From an uncultured Pseudomonadota bacterium (GTDB lineage Bacteria; Pseudomonadota; Alphaproteobacteria; Rhizobiales; Xanthobacteraceae): 64,000 bases of DNA. Positions 44,695 to 54,459 of this stretch are shown one piece after another (position 1 is the first letter of the stretch; each line of letters opens with the position of its first letter). Both the position numbers and the translations under genes were made by a program. The stretch spans positions 67,414-131,413 of the forward strand of contig CAWDUV010000005.1 in assembly GCA_963805535.1 (NCBI GenBank). The letters are read 5' to 3'. The notes beneath the pieces are model-generated. The model was not told the origin of the DNA. It searched no databases and saw nothing but the letters and a program-made list of their open reading frames with translations.

Positions 44695-45661
44695 CCGCCC
44701 GCCGGGCGAGCGCTTTCGCCTCATGCGCGTGCCAGACGAAGAGAAACGGCACGCCGATCACGAGGTCCGGAACGCGCTTGACCAGCGACAGCGCCACCGC
44801 TTCCGGCGCCGCGATGCCATAGACCGCGCAAATGGCGATGAAGCCCGCCTCCTGCACGCCGAGCGCACCCGGCACCAGGAAGGCGCCGGCACGCACCGCG
44901 TGGCCGAGGCTCTCGATCACGACCGCGTCGCCGAAGGAAATCGGATGGCCCATCAGCCGCAATGCCACGAGCACTTCGAGCGCGCCGACAAACCAGACGA
45001 CGATGTGCACCACCATGGCCAAAGCGAAGCGCGGAAGGTCGGCATAGATGCGCACGAGATTGTCGTGCAGGCTGGCGAGGTTGGCGAGCGACGACCAGCC
45101 GAAGCGGTCGGCCAGCGCCATCAGGCCGCGGTCGACCAGCTTGACGCCGCCGAAACGTTGCGCCGCAAAGAACCCGGCCAGCACCAGCCCCATGAGGGCG
45201 GTGCCGGTGATCGTCGACATGATAAAGCCGGTGTCGGCGCCTTGGGTGGCGAGGATGGCGATGCCGGCGACAATGAACAAAAACAGCGCCACCACCTGCA
45301 TCAGCATGTCGGCCAGCACGGTCGCGCCGGCGAGCCCCGCCGGGATGCCGAAGAACGTCATGACGCGGGCGCCGGCGATCTCGCCGCCGACCTGTGCCAC
45401 CGGCAGCAGGACGTTGATCGCCTCGCGGATGAAGCGCACCCACACGCACGCCGTCAGCGACGCCTTTGCCGCGGGCGGAAAGATCATCCACCAGCCGGTG
45501 CCGGCGCCGACCAACGCCAGCACGCGCAGCGCGACGACGGCGATGAGGCCGAAACCCACGGCCGCAAAGGCCTGCGCGACCGCGCCGAAGCCTTCCACGG
45601 CGACCAGCGCCACCGCCAGGATCAGCCCGAGCCCGGCCGCAACGATGAGTACACGCTTCAT
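44678..45661 (-). CDS. Polytopic membrane protein, lysyl-phosphatidylglycerol-synthase TM-region / flippase-like (UPF0104) family
   Basis: 327 aa with about 8 TM segments. ...FIREAINVLLPVAQVGGEIAGARV... and ...ESLGHAVRAGAFLVPGALGVQEAGF... resemble the UPF0104 family. Its 3' end overlaps the convergent dehydrogenase gene by 17 nt. Confidence 0.55.
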   Translation of the reverse strand: MKRVLIVAAGLGLILAVALVAVEGFGAVAQAFAAVGFGLIAVVALRVLALVGAGTGWWMIFPPAAKASLTACVWVRFIREAINVLLPVAQVGGEIAGARVMTFFGIPAGLAGATVLADMLMQVVALFLFIVAGIAILATQGADTGFIMSTITGTALMGLVLAGFFAAQRFGGVKLVDRGLMALADRFGWSSLANLASLHDNLVRIYADLPRFALAMVVHIVVWFVGALEVLVALRLMGHPISFGDAVVIESLGHAVRAGAFLVPGALGVQEAGFIAICAVYGIAAPEAVALSLVKRVPDLVIGVPFLFVWHAHEAKALARRAANPAP

Positions 45662-45702
45662 GCTGCCATCTTGCTGTGAGGATTGCGCGCGCGTCGCCGG
45701 GG

Positions 45703-46491
45703 CTAAAGCCCGACGAATTCCTTGATCGCCTTGAGAAAGGCGTCCGGCTGCTCGAGCGGCGGGCAGTGGCCGCAGCCGGGCAGCTCGATATAGCGCGAGC
45801 CTGCCACCTTCTCGACGATCGCCTTGTTGAGCGCCGGCGGTGTCGCCTGATCCTGCTCGCCGGCGACGACAAGCGTCGGCACGTGCAGGTGATGCAAGAG
45901 CGGCGTCAGGTCGGTCTCCTGCAGGATCTTGCAGGCGGCCGCGAAGCCCGCCGGCTCGATGCCGAGCAGCGTTTTTTTGCGCTCGTCGATCGCCTGCGGA
46001 TGGTGCTGCAGATATGCCGGCGAATGCACGCGGCGGGCGGCGATCTCCGCCACGCTGGCAAGCCCGCTCTCGGCCACCTTGTCGGCCATCAGCGCGAATT
46101 GCTGGCGCCCTTCCGGCGGAAAGCAGGCGGCGGCATCGCTCAACAGCAGCTTGGAGATGCGCTCGGGATGGGCGAGCGCGAAAGCTAGCGCCACCGTGCC
46201 GCCGAAGCCGTTGCCGATCAGCACCGCGTCCCTGCCGATAGCGAACTCGTCGAAGCCGTCCTCGATCGCCGCCACGTAGGCGTCCATCAGCGCCAGCGGC
46301 GTCGGCTTGGAGCCATGGAAGCCAGGCAGGTTGATGAGCGTGACGCGGTGCCTGGCGGCGAGCGCCGGCAGCACGGCATCGAAGGCATGGCGGTCGGCGA
46401 GCAGCGAATGCAGCACCACGATGTCGCGACCTTCGCCGGTGCGGGCCGCCGTCAGCACGCCGTGGCCGGCGGTCAGCTCCTGCATTTGCAT
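45703..46491 (-). CDS. Alpha/beta-fold hydrolase (enol-lactonase-like)
   Basis: 262 aa with HSLLAD, the nucleophile elbow GNGFGG and a C-terminal GCGHCPPLEQP. Confidence 0.8.
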   Translation of the reverse strand: MQMQELTAGHGVLTAARTGEGRDIVVLHSLLADRHAFDAVLPALAARHRVTLINLPGFHGSKPTPLALMDAYVAAIEDGFDEFAIGRDAVLIGNGFGGTVALAFALAHPERISKLLLSDAAACFPPEGRQQFALMADKVAESGLASVAEIAARRVHSPAYLQHHPQAIDERKKTLLGIEPAGFAAACKILQETDLTPLLHHLHVPTLVVAGEQDQATPPALNKAIVEKVAGSRYIELPGCGHCPPLEQPDAFLKAIKEFVGL

Positions 46492-46641
46492 TGCGTGCTC
46501 TCCTTGGGCGTCGGCTTCACACAGGTTAATCGCGCGCCGAGCGTCAAGTTCCCTGCCGTCGCGTCAGCCTAAGACGTGGATGGCCGGGACAAGTATACAG
46601 GCGGGCCGGCCATGACGTCGAAAGGCCGGACGACAAGAATT

Positions 46642-47703
46642 TTAATTCCCCTCGCGCCAGATGCCGAGCGCTTCCTGCGCCGGGCGGTCGGAGATGGAGA
46701 ACAGCACCGATTCTTCCGCCGCACTGTGCCGGTACTGCTTCCAAGGCGGCACCACGAACACGTCGTTGACGCTCCAGTCAAACGGCTGGCCATCGATCAC
46801 CGTGGTGCCCTTGCCCTCCGCCACCGCAAACACGGTGCCGTCGGTCGAGCGGTAGGGCTCGCCCGCAAAGCCCTTCGGCAGCAGCGCGAGATGCGCGCCC
46901 ATGGTCGGCAGCACCGGCCCGCCATTGATCGGGTTGGCGTAGCGCACGCGCGCGCCGTGGCGCTTGTCGATGTCGCCGGTCTCCTGCAGCCGTTCCAGAA
47001 TCGGCCGCATGGTGGCGTAGGGGTAGTTGATCACCGGCGTGCGGTTCTTGACCGCCGGCAGGCCGTCCGGCAGCACGCCCATGGCGTAGCGCGCGAATGA
47101 ATCGCCGTCGGCGTGATCGGTCTTCTGCATCTTCTCGTCGAAATGCTCGGCAAACGACGTTTCAAAGTGATTGACCGTCGGCATGTCGAGCACGTCGAGC
47201 CACATCACCGGCTCTTTGCCGGGATTGCCGTGGTCGTGCGGCGCCCAGTTGGCGGTGATGATGAAGTCGCCGTGCTTCATCGCCGACTTCTCGCCCTCGA
47301 CCGCGGTATAGGCGCCCTCGCCTTCCAACACGAAGCGAATGGCGGAGGCGACGTGGCGGTGCGCGTCGGCAATCTCGCCCGGCAGGATGAGCTGGATGCC
47401 GGCGAACAGCGAATTGGTCACCCGCGATTTGCCCTTCTCGCCGGGATTTTCCAGCACCAGCACGCGGCGTTCGGCCTCCTCAGCGCTGATCACGTCGCCG
47501 GCTTCCAGCATCAGTTTCTTGACGTCGGAGTACTTCCACAGCGCCGGCACGCATTGCGTTTTCGGCTCGGGCGTCACCAGGCCCTTCAGTACCTCCCATA
47601 ATGGCGCCATGTGAAATTCGGCGATCTTGTCGTAATAAGCCTGCCGCGCGGCCTGCAGATTGTGCTTGGCGCCGGGCTGTTGCGTTGCGGTGGCGACGGC
47701 CAT
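46642..47703 (-). CDS. Gentisate 1,2-dioxygenase (bicupin)
   Basis: 353 aa: ...YYDKIAEFHMAPLWEVL...GEIADAHRHVASAIRFVLEGEGAYTAVEG...ITANWAPHDHGN... is the characteristic GDO sequence. Confidence 0.85.
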   Translation of the reverse strand: MAVATATQQPGAKHNLQAARQAYYDKIAEFHMAPLWEVLKGLVTPEPKTQCVPALWKYSDVKKLMLEAGDVISAEEAERRVLVLENPGEKGKSRVTNSLFAGIQLILPGEIADAHRHVASAIRFVLEGEGAYTAVEGEKSAMKHGDFIITANWAPHDHGNPGKEPVMWLDVLDMPTVNHFETSFAEHFDEKMQKTDHADGDSFARYAMGVLPDGLPAVKNRTPVINYPYATMRPILERLQETGDIDKRHGARVRYANPINGGPVLPTMGAHLALLPKGFAGEPYRSTDGTVFAVAEGKGTTVIDGQPFDWSVNDVFVVPPWKQYRHSAAEESVLFSISDRPAQEALGIWREGN

Positions 47704-47866
47704 AGGCTTGGCTCCTCGGGGTTTATCGTCCGATTTGCAACTAATATAGCGGCTTTTGGCCCGGGCTCAATGCTGGCGGAACCGCCCGCCGTTGAAGCTC
47801 AAAATACGGCAGGAACTGGGCCCGCCCGCTGACGTTGTCGCAAGGCAAACCAGGGAGGGCTGAGCC

Positions 47867-48133
47867 GTGAAATACATTTCCGTCATGATTGCCGCCGCGC
47901 TGCTGACGAGCGCGCCTTTGGCGCCGGCTTTCGCACAACAGCAAAACGGCGATCAGATGCAGGTCGAGCAGCAGGCCTGCCAGGACGATGTCTATGCGCT
48001 GTGCGGCGAGGACATTCCCGACCAGCATCGCATCGAGAAATGCCTGCGCAAGAAGTGGAGCAAGGTCAGCCACAAATGCCGCAATGTCATCGCAAGCTAC
48101 GGCCGGCGGCACAAGGCAGACCAAAACGACTGA
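47867..48133 (+). CDS. Small secreted four-Cys protein of unknown function
   Basis: A gggaggg RBS precedes GTG 47867. The signal peptide is (M)KYISVMIAAALLTSAPLAPAFA. The mature part is QQACQDDVYALCGEDIPDQHRIEKCLRKKWSKVSHKCRNV. Confidence 0.55.
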   Translation: MKYISVMIAAALLTSAPLAPAFAQQQNGDQMQVEQQACQDDVYALCGEDIPDQHRIEKCLRKKWSKVSHKCRNVIASYGRRHKADQND

Positions 48134-48206
48134 GCCAATTCCCGCACTTTCGGGTCGCAAACGGCGTGGTAGATTGGGTCAAGCTTGACCCAGGAGACCA
48201 CGCCCC

Positions 48207-49088
48207 ATGCGTCCATTATCGATCGGCGATTACGCAATCGCGCGCGTCACCGAGCTCCAATTTCCGGCCTTTCAGGCCACCGAATTCTTCCCCGCCGCCA
48301 CGCCCGACATGGTGGAAGAGGCCCGCCGCGCTCTTCCGGGGCGCATCGACGCCGACGGCAAGATCGTCATGAGCTTCCACTCGTTCGTGCTCAAGACCGG
48401 CCGCCACACCATCGTGATCGACACCTGCTGCAACAAGTCGCGGCCCGGGCGCGGGCAATTCGACGAAGGCAAGGCCGATTATCTGGCAGGCCTCGCCGCC
48501 GCCGGCGTCCAGCCGGAAGAGGTCACGCATGTGATGTGCACGCATCTGCACTGGGACCATGTCGGCTGGAACACGCGGCTGGTGAACGGCCAATGGGTGC
48601 CGACCTTCGCCAACGCGCAATACGTCATGGCCAAGCGCGAATACGACCACTGGAACGCCTTCTACGCCAAGGAGAAGGGCAACCAGAATAGCCCGCACGC
48701 GCTCGCTTTCGAGGACAGCGTGCTGCCGATCATGCGGGCGGAAAAGGCGCTCCTGGTGCACGACGATTATGAGCTCGACTCAGGCGTTTCGATCGAGCCC
48801 TGCCACGGCCATACGCCGGGGCACGTGGCCATCAACGTCGCATCGAACGACAAACGCGGCGTGTTCATCGGCGACGTAATCCATCACCCGATCCAGCTCC
48901 TGTTCCCGGATCTGTCGACGCGCGCCGATACCGATCAGGACGCCGCGCGCGTCTCCCGCCGCGCGCTGATCGACAAGCACGCCGGCACCGGCAATGTGGT
49001 GATGCCGCATCACTTCTCGACCCCGACCTCAGGCACCATCGAGCCCGCCGGCAAGGCGTTCCGCTTCGATTTCATCGAAGGCTCGTGA
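48207..49088 (+). CDS. MBL-fold metallo-hydrolase
   Basis: 293 aa with the THLHWDHVG (H-x-H-x-D-H) motif, plus ...EPCHGHTPGH... and ...MPHHF. Confidence 0.85.
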   Translation: MRPLSIGDYAIARVTELQFPAFQATEFFPAATPDMVEEARRALPGRIDADGKIVMSFHSFVLKTGRHTIVIDTCCNKSRPGRGQFDEGKADYLAGLAAAGVQPEEVTHVMCTHLHWDHVGWNTRLVNGQWVPTFANAQYVMAKREYDHWNAFYAKEKGNQNSPHALAFEDSVLPIMRAEKALLVHDDYELDSGVSIEPCHGHTPGHVAINVASNDKRGVFIGDVIHHPIQLLFPDLSTRADTDQDAARVSRRALIDKHAGTGNVVMPHHFSTPTSGTIEPAGKAFRFDFIEGS

Positions 49089-49091
49089 GTC

Positions 49092-50936
49092 ATGGTGCCG
49101 GAGACGCTTCTGCAAGGCAAACAGCGCCCGTTCACCGGCGCGGAATATCTCGAATCGCTGCGCGACGGCCGCGAAATCTATATCTACGGCGAGCGGGTGA
49201 AGGACGTCACCACGCACCCGGCCTTCCGCAACGCGGCCGCTTCCGTCGCCAAGCTTTACGACGCGCTGCACGACCCCAAGACCAAGCCCACGCTGACCGC
49301 GCCGACCGACACCGGCTCCGGCGGCTATACCCATAGGTTTTTCAAAGCGGCGCATTCGCCGGCCGAGGTGATCGCGCAGCGCGACGCCATCGCCGCCTGG
49401 GCGCGCATCACCTATGGCTGGATGGGCCGCAGCCCCGACTACAAGGCGGCGCTGCTCAACACGCTGGGCGCCAATGCCGAGTTCTACGGAAAATTCGCCG
49501 ACAACGCGCGCGCCTGGCACAAGCGCGGCCAGGAGGCCGTGCTCTACCTCAACCACGCGCTGATCAATCCGCCGATCGACCGCAACCGGCCGGTGGAAGA
49601 GGTCAAAGACGTCTATATCACCATCCAGAAGGAGACCGACGCCGGCATCTACGTCTCCGGCGCCAAAGTGGTGGCGACCAATTCGGCGCTCACGCACTAC
49701 AATTTTCTCGGCCAGAACATGGGCCAGGAGATCACCGATCCGTCGATGGTGGTGATGTTCATCGCGCCGATGGACACGCCCGGCATCAAGCTGATCTGCC
49801 GCGCATCCTATGAATTGGCGGCCGCGGCGACCGGCTCGCCGTGGGACTATCCCCTCACCTCGCGCTTCGACGAGAACGACGCCATCTTCGTGTTCGACAA
49901 CGCCTTCATCCCCTGGGAGAACGTGTTCATCCACCGCGACACACAGCGGCTGAAGGACTTCTATCCGAAGTCCGGCTTCGTCAATAACTACACGCTGCAG
50001 GGCTGCACACGGCTGGCGGTCAAGCTCGATTTCATCGCCGGGCTGCTGCTGAAGGCAACGCGCGCGACCGGCGTCGAGTCGTTCCGCGGCGTGCAGGTGC
50101 ATATCGGCGAGGTGATCGGCTGGCGCAACCTGTTCTGGTCGCTGACCGACGCTATGGCCTGCAACCCGGAGCCGTGGGTCGACGGCACGGTGCTGCCGAA
50201 CATCCGCGCCTCGACCGCCTACCGCCTGTTCATGACGGAGGCCTATCCGGCGGTGCGCTCGATCGTGGAGAAGGTGGTGGCCTCCGGGCTGATCTATCTG
50301 CCCTCGCACGCGCGCGACTTCAAGAACCCGGACATCGACAAATATCTCAAGCGCTACGTGCGCGGCTCCAACAACACCGACTACAAGCAGCGCATCAAGC
50401 TGATGAAGCTGCTGTGGGACGCCATCGGCAGCGAATTCGGCGCCCGCCACGAGCTCTACGAGATGAACTATGCCGGCAGCCACGAGCTGGTGCGGCTGTT
50501 CCCACTGCAGCAGGCGACCGCCTCCGGCGCGCTGGCCGAGATGGAGGCGCTGGCCGACCGCTGCATGGCGGATTACGACGAGGACGGCTGGAAGGACGGC
50601 GGCTATAGCGACGGGTCCGACGTCAGCATTCTTGGCAAGGGCGGGTTTTGTCATTTTCTGTCATTCCGGGGCGCTCAAGCCCACAGGGCGAAGGCGAGCG
50701 AACCCGGAATCCAGGGCAGCACTGAGAAAACGTCGCCCCTGGATTCCGGGTTCGCGGCCTTCGGCGCGCGTCCCGGAATGACAGCAAGAGCTACTCCGCC
50801 GCCTGTTGCCCGGGCGGGCGCATGCTTTCCACGCCGTCGGCGGCGCTGGCCGAGATCGTGGTGCGCACCATCAGCCGCGCCTGGTCGGGCGGCCAGGGCC
50901 GGCCGCGATGCATGGTGGCGCGGTTGTCCCACATGA
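49092..50936 (+). CDS. 4-hydroxyphenylacetate 3-monooxygenase oxygenase-component family (HpaB-like). The 3' end is uncertain because the ORF reads through a REP element and into tauD
   Basis: About 515 aa of clear HpaB-family sequence (FTGAEYLESLRDGREIYIYGERVKDVTTHPAFRN...YGWMGRSPDYKAA...VSGAKVVATNSA...) runs to ...ADYDEDGWKDGGYSDGSDVSILGKGG (about 50650). There is no stop codon in this frame until 50936. Confidence 0.75.
   Translation: MVPETLLQGKQRPFTGAEYLESLRDGREIYIYGERVKDVTTHPAFRNAAASVAKLYDALHDPKTKPTLTAPTDTGSGGYTHRFFKAAHSPAEVIAQRDAIAAWARITYGWMGRSPDYKAALLNTLGANAEFYGKFADNARAWHKRGQEAVLYLNHALINPPIDRNRPVEEVKDVYITIQKETDAGIYVSGAKVVATNSALTHYNFLGQNMGQEITDPSMVVMFIAPMDTPGIKLICRASYELAAAATGSPWDYPLTSRFDENDAIFVFDNAFIPWENVFIHRDTQRLKDFYPKSGFVNNYTLQGCTRLAVKLDFIAGLLLKATRATGVESFRGVQVHIGEVIGWRNLFWSLTDAMACNPEPWVDGTVLPNIRASTAYRLFMTEAYPAVRSIVEKVVASGLIYLPSHARDFKNPDIDKYLKRYVRGSNNTDYKQRIKLMKLLWDAIGSEFGARHELYEMNYAGSHELVRLFPLQQATASGALAEMEALADRCMADYDEDGWKDGGYSDGSDVSILGKGGFCHFLSFRGAQAHRAKASEPGIQGSTEKTSPLDSGFAAFGARPGMTARATPPPVARAGACFPRRRRRWPRSWCAPSAAPGRAARAGRDAWWRGCPT
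50660..50782. repeat. REP/MITE-like element, 'gtcattccgg...ccggaatgac' family
   Basis: gtcattccggggcgc...aacccggaatcc plus ggattccgggttcg...gtcccggaatgac. It lies at the hpaB-like/tauD convergent junction. Confidence 0.75.
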
Positions 50937-51678
50937 CGACGTCGCCGGCCCGCCATTTGTGCTCGTAGCTTGCGCCGGGCGCGGTGGCGGCCGCCATCAA
51001 TTCATCGATCAGCTGGCGGCCGGCCTCCGCCGCCATGCCTTCGACCGCATAGGCGTGCGAGGCAAGATAAAGCGCCTTGCGCCCGTTCGCCGGGTTCGCC
51101 CACACCATGCGCCAGCACACCGGCGGCAGCGCCGCGCGCTCTTCAGGCGAGGCGAGATCGGCCGCGATCTGCCCGCGCGAATGGGCGTAGTCGTGCCAGG
51201 CGAAGGAATTTTCCAATTGCGCCTGCAAGGCGGGCGCGAGCCGCGCGAAGGCCAGCCGGGTGGAAACGAACTCGGTCTCGCCGCCGGCGCCCGGAACGAT
51301 GCGTGCCGACAGGATCGAGGTGAGCGCCGGCACGCGCTTGAACGATGAATCGGTATGCCAGAGCTGGTTGGCCTTGTTGCGCAGCGCCAGGCGCGAACCG
51401 GCCGGCGCCACTTTGCCGTCGGGGCCGATGGTCGTGAGGATGACGAAATGGGTGCCGGTGCCTTGCGAGCCGACTTTGGTGGTCTCCGGCTCACCGAAGC
51501 GGCGCGAGAAGGCGAGCTGCACCTCGTCGGTCACCTCCTGGCCGCGGAACACCAGCACCGAATGCTCTTCGAAGGCTGAGCGCACGGCGGCATAGGCCGC
51601 GTCGTCGTGGGCGACTTGCGCCAACGTCACGCCGTGCAGCTCGGCGGCGAAGCCGGGACCGACCGGAACGATTTGCAT
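50791..51678 (-). CDS. TauD/TfdA-family Fe(II)/2-oxoglutarate dioxygenase
   Basis: 295 aa: ...LVFRGQEVTDEVQLAFSRRFG...WHTDSSF (H-x-D)...VMWDNRATMHRG.... Confidence 0.85.
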   Translation of the reverse strand: MQIVPVGPGFAAELHGVTLAQVAHDDAAYAAVRSAFEEHSVLVFRGQEVTDEVQLAFSRRFGEPETTKVGSQGTGTHFVILTTIGPDGKVAPAGSRLALRNKANQLWHTDSSFKRVPALTSILSARIVPGAGGETEFVSTRLAFARLAPALQAQLENSFAWHDYAHSRGQIAADLASPEERAALPPVCWRMVWANPANGRKALYLASHAYAVEGMAAEAGRQLIDELMAAATAPGASYEHKWRAGDVVMWDNRATMHRGRPWPPDQARLMVRTTISASAADGVESMRPPGQQAAE

Positions 51679-51793
51679 GGACGCCTCCCCGCTTTTGGTT
51701 TGAACGAATGTTCAACCAAAACGCGGGAGCCGGCAAGGCGGCTACCGTGCGGCGCCGGCCAGATCCGGCGCCGCCGATGCGCGGGCGAAAGGC

Positions 51794-52372
51794 TTAAGCG
51801 TGCTCGCGTGCGCCTTCGACCTTCACGATATAGGGCTTCTCGCGCTTGCCTTCGGGGTCGAACTCCGAGCGGCCGGTGAAGTTGATGTGGCGGCCGTAGG
51901 TGTGCAGCGACATGGAAACGCCCTTGCCGGTGTTCCAGACGCTGTGGATGTGCTCGGGATAGCAGCGCGCGACGTCGCCGGCCGTCATCACCTGCACGTT
52001 GCCGCGCTTCAAATCGGCGAAGCCTGGCTTGCTGCCGTCGTCGAGCCGGTCGTAATTGACCTCCTGTTCCTGGCCTTCCATGCCGACCACCACCGCCCAG
52101 GTCTTGTGATTGTGCGGGGTGGTGCCGCGGTTGGGTAGCCAGGAGATCAGGAACACCGCCAGATCGTGATTGGGCTCCTCGTGCAGGATGTGCAGGCTGA
52201 AGCCCTGTTCGGGATCGCATTCGCGGAATTCGGGGCGGAACCAGCCTGGCTCCTTGGCGAACCGCTTCGCCAGCGGCTCGACGCGCTCGGTGATCTTCTC
52301 GGGATCGCTTTCCTGCGCGGCGATGGCGCGCAGATCGTCGACATACTGCTCGAGCGTATAGGGGCTCGTCAT
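51794..52372 (-). CDS. Cupin-fold metalloprotein (cysteine-dioxygenase-like, COG5553-type)
   Basis: 192 aa: ...GTTPHNHKTWAVVVGMEGQE...HSVWN... (His-rich cupin motifs). Confidence 0.6.
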   Translation of the reverse strand: MTSPYTLEQYVDDLRAIAAQESDPEKITERVEPLAKRFAKEPGWFRPEFRECDPEQGFSLHILHEEPNHDLAVFLISWLPNRGTTPHNHKTWAVVVGMEGQEQEVNYDRLDDGSKPGFADLKRGNVQVMTAGDVARCYPEHIHSVWNTGKGVSMSLHTYGRHINFTGRSEFDPEGKREKPYIVKVEGAREHA

Positions 52373-52446
52373 GGCAAATTATCCTCCGGTTCCGGCTGCC
52401 GAAACAATAATCATTTTGCCACGTCGGCGCCGCAAGGACAATCTTG

Positions 52447-53211
52447 CTAATTATTGACCGAACCGCCGTCCACCACGATGGACTGGCCGGTGATGAAATC
52501 GCTGTCGCTGGAGGCCAGAAAAACCAGCGTTCCGGTGAGGTCTTGCGGGTAGGCATCGCGCTTGAACGCGCGGGAATTGCGCACGGGGAGACGCTCTTCT
52601 TCAACGTGTTGGGTGTTTTCGAGGCCCGTATCGGACAGGATATAGCCGGGCGACAGCGAATTGACCGCGATGCCATAGTCGCCCAATTCGCGCGACAGCG
52701 CGCGGGTGAAGGCGATGATGGCGCCCTTCGACGACACGTAAGGCAGCATGCGCGGCACGCCCTTGTAGGGCGCGCCGGAGGCGATGTTGACGATCTTGCC
52801 GGAGCGGCGCGCCATCATGTGCGGGGCGACGTGCTTGACCATCAGGAAGGGCCCGCGCGTATTGACCGCCATGACCTTGTCCCAGGTGGCGACGTCCCAT
52901 TCGTTGAAGTTGCGGGGGCTGAGCTTTGCATAGAGCGCGGCATTGTTGACCAGAATGTCGATCCGGCGGAAGCGCGCGAGCGTTTGCGCGACCAGCGCCT
53001 GCACTTGAGTTTCGTCGCTGACGTCGCAGACGGCGGCAACGGCGCTGTCCTTGCCGTGCGCCGCGGCGATTTCCTCGGCGAGCCCCGAACCATCCTCGAT
53101 GTCGGCGATCATCACGCGCGCGCCTTCGGCGGCGAGCGCGCGCGAGTAATGCGCGCCGATGCCCTTGGCACCGCCGGTGACGAGCGCAACCTTCCCCTCA
53201 AGTCTGGCCAT
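52447..53211 (-). CDS. SDR-family oxidoreductase
   Basis: Start MARLEGKVALVTGGAKGIG (ATG 53211). NNAA and YVSSKGAI (Y-x3-K) are present. The longer ORF prefix is REP-derived. Confidence 0.85.
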   Translation of the reverse strand: MARLEGKVALVTGGAKGIGAHYSRALAAEGARVMIADIEDGSGLAEEIAAAHGKDSAVAAVCDVSDETQVQALVAQTLARFRRIDILVNNAALYAKLSPRNFNEWDVATWDKVMAVNTRGPFLMVKHVAPHMMARRSGKIVNIASGAPYKGVPRMLPYVSSKGAIIAFTRALSRELGDYGIAVNSLSPGYILSDTGLENTQHVEEERLPVRNSRAFKRDAYPQDLTGTLVFLASSDSDFITGQSIVVDGGSVNN

Positions 53212-53226
53212 GAGTATCTCCACCCT

Positions 53227-53313
53227 GTCATGGCCGGCCTTGTGCCGGCCATCCCGCTTAGATAGGCACATTGCTCACCTAAGCGGGATTGCCGGGTCAA
53301 GCCCGGCAATGAC
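53227..53313. repeat. REP/MITE-like element, 'gtcatggccgg...cccggcaatgac' family
   Basis: gtcatggccggccttgtgccggccatcc ... gattgccgggtcaagcccggcaatgac. Confidence 0.7.
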
Positions 53314-53349
53314 ACATGAACGGCCTCGTGGCCAACCGACGAGCCAGCC

Positions 53350-54000
53350 ATGACCAACACCGCCGACCGCCTTGCCATCCGCGAACTCGTCGAGAACTGG
53401 GCGCTGTGGCGCGACGCCCGCCAATGGGACCGCTTCCGCACGCTCTGGCACAAGGACGGCCAGATGTGGGCGACCTGGTTTCAGGGCTCCTACGAAGAGT
53501 TCATCAAGGTGAGCCAGGAGGGCCACGAGCGCGGCGTGCGCATCCTGCACATGCTGGGCGGCATGGCGATCGACATCGAGGGCGCTCGCGCCATCGCGCA
53601 AACCAAGATGACCATCTCGCAGCGCGCCGAGGTCGAGGGCGTATTGTGCGACGTGGTCTGCAGCGGGCGGTTCTACGATTTCCTCGAGAAGCGGCGCGGA
53701 CGCTGGGGCCTGGTGCTGCGGCGCCTCGCCTATGAAAAGGACCGGCTCGATCCCGTCGAGCCCGGCGCGCGGCCCTTTCTCGACCGCGCGCTGCTGGCGC
53801 AGTTTCCGGAGGGCTACCGGCATCTCGCTTATCTGCAGACCCGCATCGGCTACACGGTCAAGCGCGACATGCCCGGCCTCGACGGGCAGGCGCTGGAGGC
53901 GCTCTACACGCAAGGCGAAGCATGGCTGAAGGGCCGCCCGCTCCTAGCGAGCAAGCCCCGGGCAACGGCCAAGCGCCGGACTAGTCGCGCCCGCAAATAA
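53350..54000 (+). CDS. SnoaL-like / NTF2-fold protein
   Basis: 216 aa: MTNTADRLAIRELVENWALWRDARQWDRFRTLWHKDGQM... is a typical SnoaL_4 N-terminus. It has a basic C-terminal tail. Confidence 0.65.
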   Translation: MTNTADRLAIRELVENWALWRDARQWDRFRTLWHKDGQMWATWFQGSYEEFIKVSQEGHERGVRILHMLGGMAIDIEGARAIAQTKMTISQRAEVEGVLCDVVCSGRFYDFLEKRRGRWGLVLRRLAYEKDRLDPVEPGARPFLDRALLAQFPEGYRHLAYLQTRIGYTVKRDMPGLDGQALEALYTQGEAWLKGRPLLASKPRATAKRRTSRARK

Positions 54001-54039
54001 ATGCGATTTTCCCGGCCGGCAAGAATTCATCCGGGGGGA

Positions 54040-54420
54040 ATGGCGATGTCGTGGGCCGACAAATTCAACCTGTTGAATGAATTCAACCTGCTGCGCATCA
54101 TTTGCGGGCTGTTCTTCATCCCGCACATCGTCGGCAAGATCACCGTGCCGGCGACGCTCGAATTCTTCGTGGTGGCGGGCTTCAAGCCGCCGAAGACCTG
54201 GATGTATATCGCCGGCGCCATCGAGACCGTGCTCACCATCGGGCTGGTGTTCGACATCCTGACGCCCTATGTGGCGGCTATCGCCTTCGTGCACTTGCTC
54301 GTCGCGGCGGCGGCCACCTACAAGGTCAAGCGCTGCTGGATCTGGGTGATCGGCGGCGTCGAATATTGCATCTTCTGGGCGCTTTGCTGCCTGGTCGTCG
54401 CGATGCACACTTGGCCCTGA
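54040..54420 (+). CDS. DoxX-family membrane protein
   Basis: A gggggga RBS precedes ATG 54040. ...LLRIICGLFFIPHIVGK...AGAIETVLTIGLVF... gives 4 TM segments. Confidence 0.65.
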   Translation: MAMSWADKFNLLNEFNLLRIICGLFFIPHIVGKITVPATLEFFVVAGFKPPKTWMYIAGAIETVLTIGLVFDILTPYVAAIAFVHLLVAAAATYKVKRCWIWVIGGVEYCIFWALCCLVVAMHTWP

Positions 54421-54459
54421 ATAAAATAACGAAATCTCAAGTCGAAAGGAAATCCAACA

